From Eledone cirrhosa (taxonomy: Eukaryota), in contig OZ024741.1 of the NCBI GenBank assembly GCA_964016885.1, forward strand, positions 55,614,001 to 55,678,000: DNA of 64,000 bases, read 5' to 3'. Position 1 is the stretch's first letter. Every line of letters begins with the position of its first letter. Shown here piece by piece: positions 55,401 through 64,000 of this stretch. The position numbers were made by a program, and so were the translations under genes. A model generated the notes under the pieces. It was not told the DNA's origin, made no database searches, and was given only the letters and a program-made list of their open reading frames with translations.

Positions 55401-58400
55401 CAGTGAACAACTACACAGTGTCTATATATCCAGTCAACATCTACACAGTGTCTATCTATCCAGTCATCATCAACACACTATGTCAATCTATCCACTCAAC
55501 AAATACACACTGTGTCAATCTATCCAGTCAGCATCTACACACAGTGTCAATCTATCCAGTTGACAAATACAGTGTCTATATATCCAGTCAACAACTACAC
55601 ACTGTGTCAATCTATCCAGTCAACATCTACAAACTGTGTCAATCTATCCAGCGAACAACTACACAGTGTCTATCAATCCAGTCAACAACTACACAGTGTC
55701 TATCTATCCAGTCAACATCTACCCACTGTGTCAATCTATCCAGTGAACAACTACACAGTGTCTATATATCCAGTCAACAACTACTCAGTATCTATCTACC
55801 CAGTCAACATCTACACACTGTGTCAATCTATCCAGTCAACAACTACACAGTGTCTATATATCCAGTCAACATCTACACAATGTGTCAATCTATCCAGTCA
55901 ACATCTACACACTGTGTCAATCTATCCAGTCATCAACTACACAGTGTCTATCTATGCAGTCAACAACTACACAGTGTCTATATATCCAGTGAACAACTAC
56001 ACAGTGTCTATCTATCCAGTCAACATCTACACAGTGTCTATCTATCCAGTCATCATCTACACACTATGTCAATCTATCCAGTCAACATCTACACACTGTG
56101 TCAATCTATCAAGTCAACATCTACACACTGTCTCAATCTATCCAGTGAACAACTACACAGTGTCTATATATCCAGTCAACAACTACACACTGTGTCAATC
56201 TATCCAGTCATCATCTACACACTGTGTCAATCTATCCATTGAACAACTACACACTGTCTATATATCCAGTCAACAACTACACACTGTGTCAATCTATCCA
56301 GTCAACATCTGCACACAGTGTCAATCTATCCAGTGAACAACTACACGGTGTCTATCTATCCAGTCAACAACTACACAGTGTCTGTCTATCCAGTCAACAT
56401 CTACACACTGTGTCAATCTATCCAGTGAACAACTACACAGTGTCTATCTATCCAGTCAACAACTAAACAGTGTCTATCTATCCAGTCAACAACTACACAG
56501 TGTCTATCTATCCAGTCAACATCTACACAGTGTCCATCTATCCAGTCATCATCTACACACTGTGTCAATCTATTCAGTCAACATCTACACACTGTGTCAA
56601 TCTATCCAGTGAACAACTACACAGTGTCTATATATCCAATCAACAACTACACACTGTGTCAATCTATCCAGTCAACATCTACACACTGTTTCAATCTATC
56701 CAGTGAACAACTACACTGTGTCAATCTATCCAGTCAACAAATACACACTGTGTCAATCTATCCAGTCAACAACTACACAGTGTCTTTCTATCCTGTCAAC
56801 AACTACACAGTATCTATCTATCCAGTGAGCAACTATACAGTGTCTATCTATCCAGTCAACAACTACACAGTATCTATCTATCCAGTCAACATCTACACAC
56901 TGTGTCAATCTATCCATTCAACATTTACACACTGTGTCAATCCATCCAGTGAACAACTAGACAGTGACTATATATCCAGTCAACAACTACGAACTGTGTC
57001 AATCTATCCAGTCAACATCTACACACTGTGTCAATCTATCCATTGAACAACTACACAGTGTCTATCTATCCAGTCAACAACTACACAGTGTCTATCTATC
57101 CAGTCAACATCTACACACGATGTCAATCTATCCCGTGAACAATTACACAGTGTCTATATATCAAGTGAACAACTACACACTGTGTCAATCTATCCAGTCA
57201 TCATCTACACACTGTGTCAATCTATCCAGTGAACAACTACATAGTGTCTATATATCCTGTCAACAACTACACACTGTGTCAATCTATCCAGTCAACATCT
57301 GCACACAGTGTCAATCTATCCAGTGAACAACTACACGGTGTCTATCTATCCAGTCAACAACTACACAGTGTCTATCTATCCAGTCAACATCTACACACTG
57401 TTCCAATCTATCCAGTGAACAACTACACAGTGTCTATATATATCCAGTCAACAACAACTACACACTGTGTCAATCTATCCAGTAAACAACTACACAGTGT
57501 CTATCTGTCCAGTCAACAACTAAACAGTGTCTATCTATCCAGTCAACAACTACACAGTGTCTATCTAGCCAGTCAACAACTACACAGTGTCTATATATCC
57601 AGTCAACGTCTACACACTGTGTCAATCAATCCAGTCAACAACTACACACTGTGTTAAACTATCCAGTCCACAACTACACACTGTGTCAATCTATACAGTC
57701 AAAAACTACACAGTGTCTATCTATCCAGTCAACATCTACACAGTGTCTATCTATCCAGTCATCATCTACACACTGTGTCAATTTATCCAGTCAACATCTA
57801 CACACTGTGTCAATCTATCCAGTGAACAACTACACAGTGTCTATATATCCAGTTAACAACTACACACTGTGTCAATCTATCCAGTCAACATCTACACACT
57901 GTGTCAATCTATCCAGTGAACAACTAGACAGTGACTATATATCCAGTCAACAACTACGCACTGTGTCAATCTATCCAGTCAACATCTACACACTGTGTCA
58001 ATCTATCCATTGAACAACTACACAGTGTCTATCTATCCAGTCAATAACTACACAGTGTCTATCTATCCAGTCAACATCTACACACTGTGTCAATCTATCC
58101 AGTGAACAACTACACAGTGTATATCTATCCAGTCAACATCTACACACGATGTCAATCTATCCAGTGAACAATTACACAGTGTCTATATATCAAGTGAACA
58201 ACTCCACAGTGTCTATCTATCCAGTCAACATCTACACAGTGTCTATCTATCCAGTCATCATCTACACACCGTGTCAATCTATCCTGTCGACTTCAACACA
58301 TTGTGTCAATCTATCCAGTGAACTACTACACAATGTCTATATATCCAGTCATCAACTACACACTGTGTCAATCTTTCCAGTGAACAACTACACTGTGTCA

Positions 58401-61400
58401 ATCTATCCAGTCAACAACTACACACTGTGTCAATCTATCCAGCCAACAACTACACAGTGTCTATCTATCCAGTGAACAACTACACAGTGTTTATCTATCC
58501 AGTCAACAACTACACAGTGTCTATCTATCCAGTCAACATCTACACACTGTGTCAATCTATCCAGTCAACAACTACACACTGTGTCAGTCTATCCAGTGAA
58601 CAACTACACAGTGTCTATATATCCAGTCAACAACTGCACAGTATCTAACTATCCAGTCAACATCTACACACTGTGTCAATCTATCCAGTGAACAACTACA
58701 CAGTGTCTATATATCCAGTCAACAACAACTACACACTGTTTCAATCTATCCAGTCAACAACTACACAGTGTCTATCTATCCAGTCAACAACTAAACAGTG
58801 TCTATCTATCCAGTCAACAACTACACAGTGTCTATCTATCCAGTCAACAACTACACGGTGTCTATATATCCAGTCAACATCTACACACTGTGGCAATCTA
58901 TCCAATCAACAACTACACACTGTGTCAATCTATCCAGCCAACAACTACACAGTGTCTATCTATCCAGTCAACAACTACACAGTGTCTATCTATCCAGTCA
59001 ACATCTACACAACGTGTCAATCAATCCAGTCAACAACTACACACTTTGTTAATCTATCCAGTCCACAACTACATAATGTGTCAATCTATCCAGTCAAAAA
59101 CTACACAGTGTCTATCTATCCAGTCAACAACTACACAGTGTCTATCTATCCAGCCAACAACTACACAGTGTCAATCAATCCAGTCAACAACTGCACAGTG
59201 TCTATCTATCCAGTCAACATCTACACAGTGTCTATCTATCCAGTCATCATCTACACACTGTGTCAATTTATCCAGTCAACATCTACACACTGTGTCAATC
59301 TATCCAGTGAACAACTACACAGTGTCTATATATCCAGTCAACAACTACACACTGTGTCAATCTATCCAGTCAACATCTACACACTGTGTCAATCTATCCA
59401 GTGAACAACTAGACAGTGACTATATATCCAGTAAACAACTACGCACTGTGTCAATCTATCCAGTCAACATCTACACACTGTGTCAATCTATCCATTGAAC
59501 AACTACACAGTGTCTTTCTATCCAGTCAACAACTACACAGTGTCTATCTATCCAGTCAACATCTACACAATGTGTCAATCTATCCAGTGAACAACTACAC
59601 AGTGTATATCTATCCAGTCAACATCTACACACGATGTCAATCTATCCAGTGAACAATTACACAGTGTCTATATATCAAGTGAACAACTCCACAGTGTCTA
59701 TCTATCCAGTCAACATCTACACAGTGTCTATCTATCCAGTCATCATCTACACACCGTGTCAATCTGTCCAGTCAACTTCTACACACTGTGTCAATCTATC
59801 CAGTGAACTACTACACAATGTCTATATATCCAGTCATCAACTACACACTGTGTCAATCTATCCAGTCAAAATCTACACACTGTGTCAATCTTTCCAGTGA
59901 ACAACTACACTGTGTCAATCTATCCAGTCAACAACTACACACTGTGTCAATCTATCCAGCCAACAACTACACAGTGTCTATCTATCCAGTGAACAACTAC
60001 ACAGTGTTTATCTATCCAGTCAACAACTACACAGTGTCTATCTATCCAGTCAACATCTACACACTGTGTCAATCTATCCAGTCAACAACTACACACTGTG
60101 TCAGTCTATCCAGTGAACAACTACACAGTGTCTATATATCCAGTCAACAACTGCACAGTATCTAACTATCCAGTCAACATCTACACACTGTGTCAATCTA
60201 TCCAGTGAACAACTACACAGTGTCTATATATCCAGTCAACAACAACTACACACTGTGTCAATCTATCCAGTCAACAACTACACAGTGTCTATCTATCCAG
60301 TCAACAACTAAACAGTGTTTATCTATCCAGTCAACAACTACACAGTGTCTATCTATCCAGTCAACAACTACACGGTGTCTATATATCCAGTCAACATCTA
60401 CACACTGTGTCAATCTATCCAATCAACAACTACACACTGTGTCAATCTATCCAGCCAACAACTACACAGTGTCTATCTATCCAGTCAGCAACTACACAGT
60501 GTCTATCTAGCCAGTCAACAACTACACAGTGTCTATATATCCAGTCAACATCTACACACTGTGTCAATCAATCCAGTCAACAACTACACACTTTGTTAAT
60601 CTATCCAGTCCACAACTACATACTGTGTCAATCTATCCAGTCAAAAACTACACAGTGTCTATCTATCCAGTCAACAACTACACAGTGTCTATCTATCCAG
60701 CCAACAACTACACAGTCTCAATCTATCCAGTCAACAACTACACAGTGTCTATCTATCCAGTCAACATCTACACAGTGTCTATCTATCCAGTCATCATCTA
60801 CACACTGTGTCAATCTATCCAGTCAACAACTACACAGTATCCATCTATCCAGTAAACATCTACACACTGTGTCAATCTTTCCAGTCAACAACTGCAGAGT
60901 GTCTATATATCCAGTCAACATCTACACACTGTGTCAGTCTATCCAGTCAACAACTGCACAGTGTCTATCTATCCAGTCAAAATCTACACAGTGTCTATAT
61001 ATCCAGTCAACATCGACACACTGTATCAATCTATCCAGTCAACAACTACACAGTTTCAATCTATCCAGTCAACAACTACACAGTGTCTATCTATCCAGTC
61101 AACAACTAAACAGTGTCTATCTATCCAGTCAACAACTACACAGTGTCTATCTATCCAGTCAACAACTACACGGTGTCTATATATCCACCCAACAACTACA
61201 CAGTGTCTATCTATCCAGTCAACAACTACACACTGTGTCAATCTATCGAGTCAACAAATACACAGTGTCTATATATCCACTCAACAACTACACTGTGTCT
61301 ATATATCCAGTCAACATCTACACACTGTGTCAATCTATCCAGCCAACAACTACACACTGTGTCAATCTATCCAGCCACCAACTACACACTGTGTCAATCT

Positions 61401-63877
61401 ATCCAGTGAACAACTACACAGTGTCTATATATCCAGTCAACAAATACACAGTATCTATCTCTCCAGTCAACATCTACACACTGTGTCAATCTATCCAGTG
61501 AACAACTACACAGTGTCTATCTATCCAGTCAACATCTACACAGTGTCCATCTATCCAGTCATCATCTACACACTGTGTCAATCTATCCAGTCAACATCTA
61601 CACACTGTGTCAATCTATCCAGTGAACAACTACACAGTGTCTATATATCCAATCAACAACTACACACTGTGTCAATCTATCCAGTCAACATCTACACACT
61701 GTTTCAATCTATCCAGTGAACAACTACACTGTGTCAATCTATCCAGTCAACAAATACACACTGTGTCAATCTATCCAGTCAACAACTACACAGTGTCTAT
61801 CTATCCTGTCAACAACTACACAGTATCTATCTATCCAGTGAACAACTACACAGTGTCTATATATCCAGTCAACAACTACACACTGTGTCAATCTATCCAG
61901 TCAAAATCTACACACTGTGTCAATCTATCCAGTGAACACCTACACAGTTTTTATATATCCAGTCAACAACTACACACTGTGTCAATCTATGCAGTCAACA
62001 ACTACACAGTGTCTATCTATCCAGTTAACCACTACACACTGTGTCAATCTATCCAGTCAACAACTACACACTGAGTCAATCTATCCAGTCAACAACTAAA
62101 CACTGTGTCAATCTATCCAGTCAACAACTACACAGTGTCTATCTATCCAGTCAACAACTACAGAGTGTCTATATATCCAGTCAACAACTACACAGTGTCT
62201 ATCTATCCAGTCAACACCTACACAGTGTCTATCTCTCCAGTCAACAACTACACACTGTATCAATCTATCCAGTCAACAACTACACAGTGTCTATCTATCG
62301 AGTCAACAACTACACACTGTTTCAATCTATCCAGTGAACAACTACACTGTGTCTATCTATCCAGTTAACCACTACACACTGTGTCAATCTATCCAGTCAA
62401 CAACTACACACTGAGTCAATCTATCCAGTCAACAACTAAACACTGTGTCAATCTATCCAGTCAACAACTACACAGTGTCTATATATCCAGTCAACAACTA
62501 CACAGCGTCTATCTATCCAGTCAACATCTACACAGTGTCTGTCTATCCAGTCATCATCTACACACTGTGTCAATCTATCCAGTCAACATCTACACACTGT
62601 CAATCTATACAGTGAACAACTACACAGTGTCTATATATCCAGTCAAAAACTACACACTGTGTCAATCTATCCAGTCAACATCTACACACTGTGTCAATCT
62701 ATCCAGTGAACAACTACACAGTGTCTATATATCCAGTCAACAACTACACACTGTGTCAATCTATCCAGTCAAAATCTACACACTGTGTCAATCTATCCAG
62801 TGAACACCTACACAGTTTTTATATATCCAGTCAACAACTACACACTGTGTCAATCTATGCAGTCAACAACTACACAGTGTCTATCTATCCAGTTAACCAC
62901 TACACACTGTGTCAATCTATCCAGTCAACAACTACACACTGAGTCAATCTATCCAGTCAACAACTAAACACTGTGTCAATCTATCCAGTCAACAACTACA
63001 CAGTGTCTATCTATCCAGTCAACAACTACAGAGTGTCTATATATCCAGTCAACAACTACACAGTGTCTATCTATCCAGTCAACACCTACACAGTGTCTAT
63101 CTCTCCAGTCAACAACTACACACTGTATCAATCTATCCAGTCAACAACTACACAGTGTCTATCTATCGAGTCAACAACTACACACTGTTTCAATCTATCC
63201 AGTGAACAACTACACTGTGTCAATCTATCCAGTCAACAAATACACACTGTGTCAATCTATCCAGTCAACAACTACACAGTGTCTATCTATCCTGTCAACA
63301 ACTACACAGTATCTATCTATCCAGTGAACAACTACACAGTGTCTATATATCCAGTCAACAAATACACAGTGTCCATCTATCCAGTCAACATCTACACACT
63401 GTGTCAATCTATCCATTCAACATCTACACACTGTGTCAATCTATCCAGTGAACAACTAGACAGTGACTATATATCCAGTCAACAACTACGCACTGTATCA
63501 ATCTATCCAGTCAACATCTACACACTGTGTCAATCTGTCCTTTGAACAACTACACAGTGTCTATCTATCCAGTCAACATCTACACAGTGTCTATCTATCC
63601 AGTCATCATCTACACACTGTGTCAATCTATCCAGTCAACATCTACACACTGTGTCAATCTATCCAGTGAACAACTACACAATGTCTATATATCCAGTCAA
63701 CAAATACACACTGTGTCAACCTATCCAGTCAACATCTACACACTGTGTCAATCTATCCAGTGAACAACTACACTGTGTCAATCTATCCAGTCAACAACTA
63801 CACACTGTGTCAATCTATCCAGTCAACAACTACACAGTGTCTATCTATCCTGTCAACAACTACACAGTATCTCTATC
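31432..63877 (+). repeat. ~32.4-kb satellite array of interleaved 30-bp and 32-bp monomers (roughly 1,050 units)
   Basis: 30-mer CACAGTGTCTAT(C/A)TATCCAGTCAACAACTA; 32-mer CACACTGTGTCAATCTATCCAGTCAACAACTA. Single orientation as far as seen, with both array ends inside the window. Confidence 0.98.
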
Positions 63878-64000
63878 TCTCTTTACGATGGACACATGTG
63901 CTGAGCTCGCTCGGTAAGTTTTTGTTTAAATTCATACGGAAATTGTAAACTGTAAACTTTCATTTTTGTACCATTTTGTTGAGGGACTGCCAGGTCAAAT

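Noticed and set aside
31432-63877. Hundreds of + strand ORFs (SIYPVNNYT / CQSIQSTTT / VNLSSQQLH), up to 682 aa
   Set aside because: The consensus monomers simply lack stops in all three + frames. The 32-bp units shift frame constantly, so there is no frame conservation.
31432-63877. CRISPR array (30-32 bp repeats)
   Set aside because: No unique spacers, no cas genes, and a eukaryotic context.

Overview
Eukaryotic, repeat-rich animal DNA, probably a coleoid cephalopod such as Octopus (inferred from the SINE types and the microsatellite density). The left ~31 kb is mostly transposon debris packed into (TA)n arrays. It includes a nearly intact 5'-truncated Penelope-like element (PLE; RT + GIY-YIG, 16876-18810, - strand), two further PLE ORF remnants, RTE- and CRE-type LINE fragments, tRNA-derived SINEs, a hAT MITE, and one long low-complexity orphan ORF (4694-7057). 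Reading by eye finds 13 hammerhead-ribozyme (HHR) motifs in 11 different short elements, 8 of them with all three stems and an intact or near-intact core. Most sit between (TA)n tracts, and several belong to fold-back palindromes, one of them a spacerless ~1.25 kb palindrome. The right ~32.4 kb is a complete satellite array of two interleaved monomers (30 and 32 bp) with kilobase-scale higher-order duplications. Each monomer carries CACAGTG or its reverse complement CACTGTG, the RAG/Transib heptamer. All calls are by eye, and coordinates of degenerate elements are approximate.
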